Of a stretch of 64,000 nucleotides of DNA, positions 1-8,910 are shown one piece after another (the first letter of the stretch is position 1; each line of letters starts with the position of its first letter). The notes below the pieces were generated by a model. It worked only from the letters and a program-made list of their open reading frames with translations, made no database searches and was not told the DNA's origin. The position numbers and the translations under genes are program-made. The stretch is from a bacterium (GTDB lineage: Bacteria > SAR324 > NAC60-12), in contig CBDDTI010000747.1 of NCBI GenBank assembly GCA_965233585.1, positions 928,001 to 992,000 of the forward strand, read 5' to 3'.

Positions 1-1
1 T

Positions 2-151
2 AGCACGAAGCTAGATGGCACTGCCAAAGGGGGTGTCACTGTGAGTATCGTCAATGAACTCAAAATTCCTGTCCGTTACATTGGCATTGGTGAAGGCATT
101 AATGACCTGAAAGAATTTGACAAAACCGACTTTGTTCATTCTCTGTTTTAA
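2..151 (+). CDS. ftsY: Signal recognition particle-docking protein FtsY, C-terminal fragment (gene starts before the window)
   Basis: My translation from position 2: [40 protein letters not shown]...[10 protein letters not shown] and GxGE..DL are SRP-GTPase motifs and the ORF ends where FtsY ends. Confidence 0.9.
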   Translation, partial: STKLDGTAKGGVTVSIVNELKIPVRYIGIGEGINDLKEFDKTDFVHSLF

Positions 152-289
152 TCTCGCACTCTCCAACTACTTTATCTCTTCCATGACTTAAACCGCAGTG
201 TGTTCCTTCACATGACCAATCTATTCTAATGACAAAAACCGCAGTTCTTTTTTGAAAAAATTTTGTAAGTCTTTTTCAAAAAACTAAAT

Positions 290-1138
290 ATGAAATTACA
301 CCGAATAGAACTTCTTTTGTTTCAAACTTTCAAAACATTCGCCTTACATGCACCGGGAAAAATCTTGTCTCTGACTCAGTCTTTCGTTTATTTTTTAACT
401 TTTCATGTGTTTCGTGTCTCCAGAAAAACTGTTGAATCTAACTTACAAATTGCATTGCCACACAAGACAGAAGCACAAAGGTCTTGGATTGCCAGACAAA
501 ATTACAGATGGATTTGCAAGGTTCTGTTTGAGACTTTGCGTTTGGAAAAACAAAATTTGGCACAAAATGTCAGACTTGAAAATTTGGAAGTATTAGATGA
601 GGCACTTGCCAAAAACAAGGGGGTGCTTTTGTTAGGGGCGCATTTTGGGCATTGGGAAGTCATGGCACAGACATTGGCAAGTTTGGGTTATGTCATACAT
701 GGTTATGCAGGGCAGCAGTCCAATTTGTTGGTAGATCAAGAAATTAACCAAATACGTTCTTCGTTTGGTACAAAAATCATCAGTAAAGGTAGAGATGCCA
801 CTTACAAAATGATGAAAGCGTTGAAGTCCAAAGAAATTCTAGCCATGCTGGTTGACCAACACGACCATAAATCCAGCACCGTCATCCGATTTTTTGGCAA
901 GGATGCTTTGTTCAGTCAAGGACCTGCAAGATTTTACCTCAAAACACACGCACCTTTAATTTTTGCTTATGCCCCTATCGTTGATGGTATGCTGACTTTG
1001 AAGTTTCAAGAAATTCCGTTGTCCACTTCTCAAAAGGATATTCTTGTCATTTCTCAAGCGATTTCTGACACTATTGAATCTATTGTCAAACAATATCCTG
1101 AACAATATTTTTGGATGCACAGACGATGGAGGCTATGA
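290..1138 (+). CDS. Lipid A biosynthesis lauroyl/myristoyl acyltransferase (LpxL/HtrB family)
   Basis: HFGHWE acyltransferase motif, LVDQ, C-terminal PEQYFWMHRRW. Confidence 0.85.
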   Translation: MKLHRIELLLFQTFKTFALHAPGKILSLTQSFVYFLTFHVFRVSRKTVESNLQIALPHKTEAQRSWIARQNYRWICKVLFETLRLEKQNLAQNVRLENLEVLDEALAKNKGVLLLGAHFGHWEVMAQTLASLGYVIHGYAGQQSNLLVDQEINQIRSSFGTKIISKGRDATYKMMKALKSKEILAMLVDQHDHKSSTVIRFFGKDALFSQGPARFYLKTHAPLIFAYAPIVDGMLTLKFQEIPLSTSQKDILVISQAISDTIESIVKQYPEQYFWMHRRWRL

Positions 1139-1343
1139 CTTCATTCAATCCTGATTTTTCAATTTTTTGGCTTGTGATTCAAAACCATTCCAAATATCCT
1201 AATGTCAGAATGTTTTTTGTAATGAAATAATTTTTAAAATTATTTTATGATTCAAACCTTTTTTTGAATCGTTCTGTTTTTATTTTCTGTCAGACAGACT
1301 TTTCCGTCTGACATTTTTAACTATTTTTCCAAAAAGGAGTTTT

Positions 1344-2240
1344 ATGATGAAATCTTTGATCAAACAAGCCGTTTCTGTCGTTGCCCGTTTTGTGACATTT
1401 ACAACTGGATTTGCCCAACGTCTTTCAAATTTTTTGAAATGTTCCCTTCTTTTAACCATCTTTCCTTTTGCCCTTAGTGCGGCTCCAAAGTCTGACTTAT
1501 GGGAGCTTTGGACAAAGCATGACCCCCAAAGCACCCAAACGATTAAACATGAACTTTGGGGGGGGTTTTTGCAAAAAAATCTTGAAACTGCTGATGCTTC
1601 TGGAGTCAATCTATTGGCTTATGGCAAGATTCCATCATCACAACGAAAACTCTTGGAGGACTATTTAGAAAAGATGCAGTCTGTTTCAATTTCAACATTC
1701 AACAGAGACGAACAAATGGCATACTGGATTAACCTATACAATGCAAGGACAGTCCAGCTAATTTTGGAACATTACCCAGTGGAATCTATTACCAAAATCA
1801 AATTTGGCTTCTTTGATTTTGGTCCTTGGGACGAAAAACTTTTGAAGGTGGAAGGTGTGGAGCTAAGCCTCAATGATGTAGAACATCGCATTTTGCGTCC
1901 GATTTGGAAGGATGCACGTATTCATTACGTTGTGAATTGTGCCAGCATGGGTTGTCCTAATTTACAAAAAGAAGCCTTTGAGCCTGCCAATCTTGAGGCT
2001 TTGTTAGACAAAGGGGCAAAGGAATATGTGAATCATCAAAGAGGCGCTCAGGTCATAGGACAAAATCTACAACTTTCAGAAATTTATGAATGGTATCAAG
2101 AAGATTTTGGAAAGAATGAAGCAGAAGTGATTCAGCATTTACTAAAATATGCGACCCCCGAAAAAGCTAAGCTGCTCAAAAAACATCAAAAATCTAGCAT
2201 TAGCTATGAATACGATTGGGCATTGAATGAGGTACGATAA
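1344..2240 (+). CDS. DUF547 domain exported protein
   Basis: AYWINLYNA, LNDVEHRILR, RIHYVVNCASMGCP, IYEWYQEDF and YDWALN motifs; AGGAG RBS upstream. Confidence 0.85.
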   Translation: MMKSLIKQAVSVVARFVTFTTGFAQRLSNFLKCSLLLTIFPFALSAAPKSDLWELWTKHDPQSTQTIKHELWGGFLQKNLETADASGVNLLAYGKIPSSQRKLLEDYLEKMQSVSISTFNRDEQMAYWINLYNARTVQLILEHYPVESITKIKFGFFDFGPWDEKLLKVEGVELSLNDVEHRILRPIWKDARIHYVVNCASMGCPNLQKEAFEPANLEALLDKGAKEYVNHQRGAQVIGQNLQLSEIYEWYQEDFGKNEAEVIQHLLKYATPEKAKLLKKHQKSSISYEYDWALNEVR

Positions 2241-2330
2241 ACTAAACAAATCTGATACATTTTTTATTTTATTTTCTGCCAGACTTTTTTGTCTGATATT
2301 TTTTGCCATTTTGCCAAAAGGAATCTTGTG

Positions 2331-3800
2331 ATGAAATCTTTGGTCAAACAAGTTGTTCTCGTCGCTGTCAGTTCTGTAACATTCGCGACTGGATTTGCCC
2401 AAAGTCTTTCTATTGGATTACGTCTTGAGCCACCCCACCTTGACCCAACAGCTGGTGCAGCAGCTGCGATTGACGATGTCACATATCAAAATATTTTTGA
2501 AGGCTTGACAAAGATTCAAGCCAATGGCGAGGTATCTCCTGCTTTGGCAAAAAGTTGGGACATTTCTGAAGATGGATTAATTTACACCTTCTACTTACAA
2601 CAAGGCGTAACGTTCCATGATGGGACTCCATTCAGTGCTGAAGATGTAGTATTTTCCTTGAATCGTGCAAGGGGTCAAGATTCAGTCAATGCCCAAAAAG
2701 CATTATTCCAAGCAATTGAAAGCGTGGAAGCTCAAGATGAGTTCACTGTTGTCATTTCACTCTCAAAACCTTCAGGCAGTTTGCTTGACAGTTTAGGCTG
2801 GGGTGATGCAGTCATGGTGTCAGAAAGCAGTGCTAAAAAGAACAAAAAGACGCCTATTGGAACAGGAGCTTATCTTCTGGAACGTTGGGTCAGTGGCGAC
2901 AGCATTAAGCTGAAAGCCAACCCAAATTACTGGGGAGAACAGCCTGAAATTCAGCAAGTGACTTTCCGATTCATCTCCGACCCTTTAGCCGCAACAAATG
3001 CCCTGATGTCTGGGGATTTAGATGGATTCCCGCTTTTCCCTGCAACAGAAAATGTTGAGGTATTCAGAGGGGATTCCCGCTTTCAGGTGTTAGAAGGCAC
3101 AACAGAAGGCGAGACCATTCTTGCTATGAACAACAAATCAGATGCTCTTTCAGACCTTCGTGTCAGGCGTGCAATCTCTCATGCCATCAACCGTCAAGAC
3201 ATTATTGATGGTGCCATGTTTGGATTTGGGACGCCTATCAGCACTCATTTTGCTCCGCATCACCCCGCCTACATTGATCTAAGCAGTGTCTATCCATTCA
3301 ATCCAGAAAAAGCCAAGCAACTCTTGAAAAAAGCAGGTTATGATAAATTGAAGCTCCGTTTGGTATTGCCCCCCCCTGCTTATGCAAGGCGTGGCGGTGA
3401 AATCATTGCCTCGCAGCTCAGAGACATTGGCATTGAAACAGAAATCATTCCTGTAGAGTGGGCAAAATGGTTGGCTCAAGCCTTCAAAGCCAAAGACTAT
3501 GACCTCACTATTGTTTCGCATGTTGAGCCAATGGACATTGGCATCTATGCCAGACCTGATTACTACTTCCAATACCAAGATGCTGACTTTCAAAAATTGA
3601 TTGAAGCCTTGAATCAAGAATCCAATGTTGCCAAACGTTATCGCTTGCTGGAACAGGCACAAAGCCAGATTGTGTTAGATGCTGTCAATGTGTATTTGTT
3701 CCAACTGGCAAAGGTAGGCATTTGGAGCAAGAAGGTACAAGGCATGTGGCAAAATTCGCCTCAACCTGCAGTTGTGGTTTCTGAATTGTCTTTGCGTTAA
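2331..3800 (+). CDS. ABC transporter substrate-binding protein, peptide/nickel family (SBP_bac_5)
   Basis: IFEGL...PALAKSW...YTFYLQQGVTFHDGTPFSAEDVVFS, PIGTGAY, VRRAISHAINR; start moved to the in-frame ATG at 2331 before a signal peptide. Confidence 0.9.
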   Translation: MKSLVKQVVLVAVSSVTFATGFAQSLSIGLRLEPPHLDPTAGAAAAIDDVTYQNIFEGLTKIQANGEVSPALAKSWDISEDGLIYTFYLQQGVTFHDGTPFSAEDVVFSLNRARGQDSVNAQKALFQAIESVEAQDEFTVVISLSKPSGSLLDSLGWGDAVMVSESSAKKNKKTPIGTGAYLLERWVSGDSIKLKANPNYWGEQPEIQQVTFRFISDPLAATNALMSGDLDGFPLFPATENVEVFRGDSRFQVLEGTTEGETILAMNNKSDALSDLRVRRAISHAINRQDIIDGAMFGFGTPISTHFAPHHPAYIDLSSVYPFNPEKAKQLLKKAGYDKLKLRLVLPPPAYARRGGEIIASQLRDIGIETEIIPVEWAKWLAQAFKAKDYDLTIVSHVEPMDIGIYARPDYYFQYQDADFQKLIEALNQESNVAKRYRLLEQAQSQIVLDAVNVYLFQLAKVGIWSKKVQGMWQNSPQPAVVVSELSLR

Positions 3801-3834
3801 TCCAACGTTGTTTTGATTCAAAAATGGCAGACCT

Positions 3835-4779
3835 TTGCGACGTTTCTTCCTTTTAAGACTCATTTCTTTCGTTGTGACGATGCTTGTTGCGTCGTTGTTG
3901 ATTTTTACAGTACTGGAAATTTTGCCGGGCGACCCTGCACAGGTGATTTTAGGGGTCAATGCCCAAGAAGATACCCTGCAAGCATTGCGTGAAGAAATGG
4001 GTTTGAATCAGCCTTTGCTGACCCGCTACTTCAGTTGGGTAGGCAATATGATTCAAGGTGACTTCGGCGTAAGCTACACCTATGACAAGCCGATTTCACA
4101 GCTGGTCATGGAGAGGTTACCTGTGACCGTTCCCTTAGCAGTTTTTGCATTGATTGTAGCAGGAGTTCTTGGCATTGTTCTTGGGACGTTTTCTGCATTC
4201 AAGCAAGGCAGTTGGCTGGATTATGGTCTGATGGGAGTCACACAATTTGGGATTGCAGTTCCAAATTTTTGGCTTGGATATTTATTGGTCATTGTCTTTG
4301 CATTACAACTCAAGTGGTTTCCTGCTGGGGGGTTTGTTGGCTGGGAAGAAAGCATTTATCGCTCATTTCAAAGCCTGATTCTACCTACCTTGACAATGGC
4401 TTTACCTCAAGCGGCAGTTCTAGCTCGTCTCACACGTTCAGCCATGCTTGAAGTCTTAGCGCAAGATTACATTCGCACTGCCAAAGCCAAAGGTGCTAAA
4501 GAATGTCGGGCTTTAATCTCTCATGCCTTACCCAATGCTTTGATTCCTGTCTTGACAATTATGGGATTACAATTTGCTTTTTTACTGGCAGGAGTGGTTG
4601 TGATAGAAAATGTTTTTTACCTACCTGGACTTGGTCGCTTACTTTTTCAAGCACTAGCACAGCGGGATTTAATTGTTGTAGAAACCATCATTCTTTTACT
4701 GATTTTCGCTGTGGTTTTCACAAATACTCTTGTTGACCTCATTTATGGCGTTGTTGACCCAAGACTCAAAATTCCTTAA
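3835..4779 (+). CDS. ABC transporter permease, DppB/OppB family
   Basis: LPGDPA, GDFGVS, DYIRTAKAKG, HALPNALIP, ENVFYLPGLG, DLIYGVVDPR. Confidence 0.9.
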   Translation: MRRFFLLRLISFVVTMLVASLLIFTVLEILPGDPAQVILGVNAQEDTLQALREEMGLNQPLLTRYFSWVGNMIQGDFGVSYTYDKPISQLVMERLPVTVPLAVFALIVAGVLGIVLGTFSAFKQGSWLDYGLMGVTQFGIAVPNFWLGYLLVIVFALQLKWFPAGGFVGWEESIYRSFQSLILPTLTMALPQAAVLARLTRSAMLEVLAQDYIRTAKAKGAKECRALISHALPNALIPVLTIMGLQFAFLLAGVVVIENVFYLPGLGRLLFQALAQRDLIVVETIILLLIFAVVFTNTLVDLIYGVVDPRLKIP

Positions 4780-5052
4780 ATTTTTTTAAAAAACCTTCAA
4801 ACCTGTATCTTTCCTAACCTTCCAGCTTGCTGCTTTTTCCCTCTTTTTTTAAAAATCTTCAAATTTCCTCAAAATTATGAGTCTTGGCTTGTATTTTTTT
4901 TTTGTACTTGCATAGTATAGGCTTTGTTTTTTTGTTCAATTCTTTCCCCTGAAAATTAGATGATGTTTTTTTCAAACCAAGAGTTTTACCATGACGACAT
5001 TCATTGTGTTGAATGTTGTTTTTTTGTCTAACCTCTACATGGAGTCCATCAA

Positions 5053-6672
5053 ATGTTTGCATGTCGTACAATCCAGATTTTCTCAAAAGCACTTGTTGCC
5101 TACACTGATGCTGTGGCATCGTTTCTTAAACCCTCTTCTTTGAAGAAATGCTCAATCCTGTTTGGTCTCAGTGTGCTTGTTGCCTGCACTGACAAACGTA
5201 GTCCATCAGATGACAATACTGCCTCTGTCTTACCGAAGCCACCAAAGCCACCAACTGGCTTGTCAGTGTCAGCCAGAACAGTCACCTTTGCCACCACTTC
5301 AGGCAAGAGTTATCAATGCACCAAAGATGGTGGCACAACTCCAACTGATTGCAGTAGCCCTTTTAGTTTTGGAGATGATGCGATTGCCAAAGACAAGCTC
5401 TGTGTTCGTGTCAAAGCATCAGGCAATACGCCTGCTTCTGAATGGGCTTGCTACAACCAAGCCATTGCTGAATACTTGTCTGAACAATGGTCTCGTGTGT
5501 TTGGCTCTGGCAATAATGATTTGGGATTTGGAGTGAGTGTGGATTCTAAAGGAGCAGTTTATGTGACAGGATACCTTTCTGGAAATTTTGATGGAAAGAC
5601 CAATCAAGGAAGTGCTGACTTGTTTTTAATCAAGCATGATGCCTCAGGCACTAAGGAGTGGTATAAGTTGCTTGGCACTAGCAATTTTGATTTGGGATTT
5701 GGAGTGAGTGTGGATTCATTAGACAATGTCTACGTGACAGGAATGCTTGCAGGAAATTTTGATGGAAAGACCAATCAAGGAGGTAGGGACATGTTTTTAA
5801 TCAAGCATGATGCTTCAGGCACTAAGGAGTGGTCTAAGTTGCTTGGCACTACCAGTGAAGATGAAGGATTAGGAGTGAGTGTAGATTCAGCAAGCAATGT
5901 TTACGTGACAGGATACTCTTCAGGAAATTTTGATGGAAAGACCAATTCAGGAGGTAAGGACATGTTTTTAATCAAGTATGATACTTCAGGTGCCAAGCAG
6001 TGGTCTAAGTTGTTTGGCACTAGCAGTGATGATTTGGGATATGGAGTGAGTGTGGATTCAGCAGGCAATGTTTACGTGACTGGATACTCTGCAGGAGCTT
6101 TTGATGGAAAGACCAATTCAGGAGATAAAGACATGTTTTTAATCAAGTATAACACTTCAGGTGCCAAGCAGTGGTCTAAGTTGTTTGGCACTAGCAGTGA
6201 TGATTTGGGATATGGAGTGAGTGTGGATTCAGCAGGCAATGCTTACGTGACAGGATACTCTTCAGGAAATTTTGATGGAAAGACCAATTCAGGAAACAAT
6301 GACATGTTTTTAATCAAGTATGACAGTTCAGGTATCAAGCAGTGGTCTAAATTGCTTGGCACTAGCAGTGATGATAGAGGATTTGGAGTGAGTGTGGATT
6401 CAGCAGGCAATGTTTACGTGACTGGATATTCTGCAGGAGATTTCGCTGGAAAGACCAATTCAGGATTTCAGGACATGTTTTTAATCAAGTATGACAGTTC
6501 AGGTGCCAAGCAGTGGTCTAAGTTGCTTGGCACTAACAATAATGATAGAGGATTTGGAGTGAGTGTGGATTCAGCAGGCAATGTTTACGTGACAGGATAC
6601 TCTCAAGGAGATTTTGCTGGAAAGACCAATTCAGGAGGCAATGACATGCTTTTAATCAAGTTTGGGAGGTAG
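5053..6672 (+). CDS. Predicted lipoprotein with seven SBBP-type beta-propeller repeats
   Basis: Lipobox-like LSVLVAC, a short Cys-containing Ig/FN3-like segment, then 7 repeats of GxGVSVDSAGNVYVTGY..G.FDGKTNSG..DMFLIKYD.SG.KQWSKLLGT. Confidence 0.8.
   Translation: MFACRTIQIFSKALVAYTDAVASFLKPSSLKKCSILFGLSVLVACTDKRSPSDDNTASVLPKPPKPPTGLSVSARTVTFATTSGKSYQCTKDGGTTPTDCSSPFSFGDDAIAKDKLCVRVKASGNTPASEWACYNQAIAEYLSEQWSRVFGSGNNDLGFGVSVDSKGAVYVTGYLSGNFDGKTNQGSADLFLIKHDASGTKEWYKLLGTSNFDLGFGVSVDSLDNVYVTGMLAGNFDGKTNQGGRDMFLIKHDASGTKEWSKLLGTTSEDEGLGVSVDSASNVYVTGYSSGNFDGKTNSGGKDMFLIKYDTSGAKQWSKLFGTSSDDLGYGVSVDSAGNVYVTGYSAGAFDGKTNSGDKDMFLIKYNTSGAKQWSKLFGTSSDDLGYGVSVDSAGNAYVTGYSSGNFDGKTNSGNNDMFLIKYDSSGIKQWSKLLGTSSDDRGFGVSVDSAGNVYVTGYSAGDFAGKTNSGFQDMFLIKYDSSGAKQWSKLLGTNNNDRGFGVSVDSAGNVYVTGYSQGDFAGKTNSGGNDMLLIKFGR
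5482..6660 (+). repeat. Intragenic tandem repeat, 7 x 171 bp (57 aa)
   Basis: GGAGTGAGTGT anchor at 5530, 5701, 5872, 6043, 6214, 6385 and 6556, an exact 171-bp period. Confidence 0.95.
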
Positions 6673-6676
6673 TTTT

Positions 6677-7030
6677 GTAGGGACAGACCAGCGTGCCTGT
6701 CTTCTTATACAGAACTTTGAACTTAGTCATTCGGAGCGAAAGCAGGAATCTCTCTTTTTTCTTCATTGCTCACCTTGAAAGCTGTCATTGCGGGCTTGAC
6801 CCGCAATCTCTCTTCTTTCGTCATTCGGAGCGAAAGCAGGAATCTATCTTTTTTCTTCATTGCTCACCTTGAACTTAGTCATTGGGGGCCTGACCCGCAA
6901 TCTCTCTTCTTTCGTCATTCGGAGCGAAAGCAGGAATCCAGTCATGTAGGAATCTGTGCTTGGTTTAAGATAGATTCCGCATCAAGTGCGGAATGACGGA
7001 GGACGTTTGAGATTCCGTGTCAAGTGCGTC
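6677..7030 (+). repeat. Array of REP-like palindromes (GTCATT...AATC family plus one degenerate GTAG-type REP)
   Basis: gtcattcggagcgaaagcaggaatc x3, gtcattgcgggcttgacccgcaatc, gattccgcatcaagtgcggaatgac, and gtagggacagacc at 6677. Confidence 0.9.
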
Positions 7031-7080
7031 ATCTTATTTTTGTTAAGAATTTTAGATTTCTATAAAATTGGACAATTTTT

Positions 7081-7764
7081 CTAAAAGGCATAATAGAGTC
7101 CAACGAGTTGTGCAGTACCTCCTAGCTCAATAAATTTGCCGAATGTTCGTACTTTCATACGGGCTCTGATGGCTTGCCATGCGAACATCAAGCCCCCGCC
7201 TCCCATTGGAACGCGGAAGCCAAATTCATAGAATAAGACATCAGAAGTAGAGGCACTGTACGAAGTCGTCACTTTTTCACCTGCTTGTTCCCCTTCCTTT
7301 TGCAAAATGTTCTGGGAAAAGTTCATGCCATAAGCCCCTGACCCGATTGTAAAAGAGGGTTGTATCCAGCCCCAATCGTAGTACATGGCAAAACCATAGA
7401 GAAACGACTTGACCTGAAATCTTGCATAGGACGTATCAGCAAAATCGTACTCTTTTTTGTAATTTCCTACTTGGATTCTAAAGCCACTGCCAACATTGTC
7501 AGACCATTTTAAAAATTCAAAAATCCCTTCCATGACTTGTACTTTTTCTTCTCGGTCTTCGGTTTCACCATGACGACTTTCCATCTCTAATAAAAAGCCC
7601 TCTTCCTTGCGTTGACCGGGCATTGGGGCTTCAAGGTCTTGTGTCCCCCCACGAATCCCAAGCAAATAGAAAATCTCATTCTCTTGTGCCAAAAGGTTCG
7701 TCGTTCTAACCAAAAAGAGGAATAAGAAGAGAAGAAGTGTTTTATTCATTTTAAAGACCATCAA
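7081..7764 (-). CDS. Exported hypothetical protein, probable small outer-membrane beta-barrel
   Basis: Signal peptide, amphipathic beta-strand patterns, C-terminal aromatic (LYYAF). Confidence 0.55.
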   Translation of the reverse strand: MMVFKMNKTLLLFLFLFLVRTTNLLAQENEIFYLLGIRGGTQDLEAPMPGQRKEEGFLLEMESRHGETEDREEKVQVMEGIFEFLKWSDNVGSGFRIQVGNYKKEYDFADTSYARFQVKSFLYGFAMYYDWGWIQPSFTIGSGAYGMNFSQNILQKEGEQAGEKVTTSYSASTSDVLFYEFGFRVPMGGGGLMFAWQAIRARMKVRTFGKFIELGGTAQLVGLYYAF

Positions 7765-8900
7765 AAGACCATTCCTAATTCAAAGAGTAATGAGGCGTCA
7801 GTTTGGTTGCTAAATTGGCTGAAGTCTTCTACAAAGCCTATGTCCCAAGTCCAGCCACTTCTGCTGTGATATTTGTATCCCAGTACTAGGACTTCCACTT
7901 CTCTTGAAAGAGAGACGTTGCCTCTGTCATTCACTCCTGAAATTTCGTCAACTTCAGGGTAAACGCTTCCTATACTCATAAACTGGAAAATAGTTGAGGA
8001 TTCTTCGCTGTGTCTTAACTCAAAAGTGACGTAACGATGGTCTAGTTCTGAGACAAAGCCGTCATTTTCTCCAAGACGTGATTTAGACCAGCCTAGATGA
8101 ATGATCCAGTATTCAAACCCTTTAGAAAACAAGGCAGTCATTCCCCAGTCTGTCTTGCCATTGCTAAGTATCTCGTTGGCTTCTTCTTCTTCAGGGGTGT
8201 CGCTACTGCGTGAAAGTGGAAATTTGACGGAGGTTTTCAATGCGATTGCTGGAATGACCTCATTGCCTTCTGTCAAAGTCCATTTGAAGTCAAGAACAGG
8301 GTCAGTAGGGGCAGTATAGATTTCTTTTTCTGATGCAATCAAAAAGCGGTCTTCTAAGGCAACAAAGAAGTGATATTGATTGCGTTGAGTATTGGCACGA
8401 TAAGCTCCAAATTCGGTAGCGTTGTCAATACCGACTAATCGGTGAACTTCTTCAATGGCATGGTCAAAAATCCCTCCAATCAAAGAAACAAAGGCAATGT
8501 TCAATCCAAATTCTAGGTTTTCAGATAGCCCATATTTCCACGAAAGACGATGGTAATGACTTTCAACGTCAATGTAGTTGTGAAAGCCGGGTATAGGCTT
8601 GCCTGTGTTGGGGTCATTAAAGTCTGAAGGTTCTAGCCCTGCCTCAAGTGTGTTATCATCTATGGCTTTGGTCGCTCCTTGACTATTTAAAAAAGTATTG
8701 GTGACAACAAAATGATAGGAAAGAGAGGCAACACCATCTCCAATCGGTTTGGTATTACTGGGCGTCATAGACAAAAAACGAAAAGTAATAGGGAATTGGT
8801 CTCGGACTTCAATAGGACCCAGTCCATAATTAGATGTCGCCAGAGCTTGCCAGCAGAATAACAATGCCAAAAGACTGAAAACATATTTTTTAGAAAACAA
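7761..8900 (-). CDS. DUF3187-like outer-membrane protein
   Basis: Signal peptide, GPIEVRDQFP..., GGIFDHAIEEVH, GFVEDF...D, terminal F; overlaps the downstream gene by 4 bp. Confidence 0.6.
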   Translation of the reverse strand: MFSKKYVFSLLALLFCWQALATSNYGLGPIEVRDQFPITFRFLSMTPSNTKPIGDGVASLSYHFVVTNTFLNSQGATKAIDDNTLEAGLEPSDFNDPNTGKPIPGFHNYIDVESHYHRLSWKYGLSENLEFGLNIAFVSLIGGIFDHAIEEVHRLVGIDNATEFGAYRANTQRNQYHFFVALEDRFLIASEKEIYTAPTDPVLDFKWTLTEGNEVIPAIALKTSVKFPLSRSSDTPEEEEANEILSNGKTDWGMTALFSKGFEYWIIHLGWSKSRLGENDGFVSELDHRYVTFELRHSEESSTIFQFMSIGSVYPEVDEISGVNDRGNVSLSREVEVLVLGYKYHSRSGWTWDIGFVEDFSQFSNQTDASLLFELGMVF

Positions 8901-8910
8901 TTTTGACTTT

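Noticed and set aside
1558..1565. G8 tract in the DUF547 gene as a phase-variation switch
   Set aside because: Encodes W-G-G within the mature domain; similar 7-8 nt G/C runs occur in housekeeping genes here, so there is no specific support
6766..6996. Short ORFs reading VIAGLTRNL / RHSERKQES / VIPAKAGI (also 12294-12491, 13552-14393, 57603-57836, 60176-60385, 60817-61314, 63815-64000)
   Set aside because: They are translations of the palindrome arrays, with no RBS or independent coding evidence
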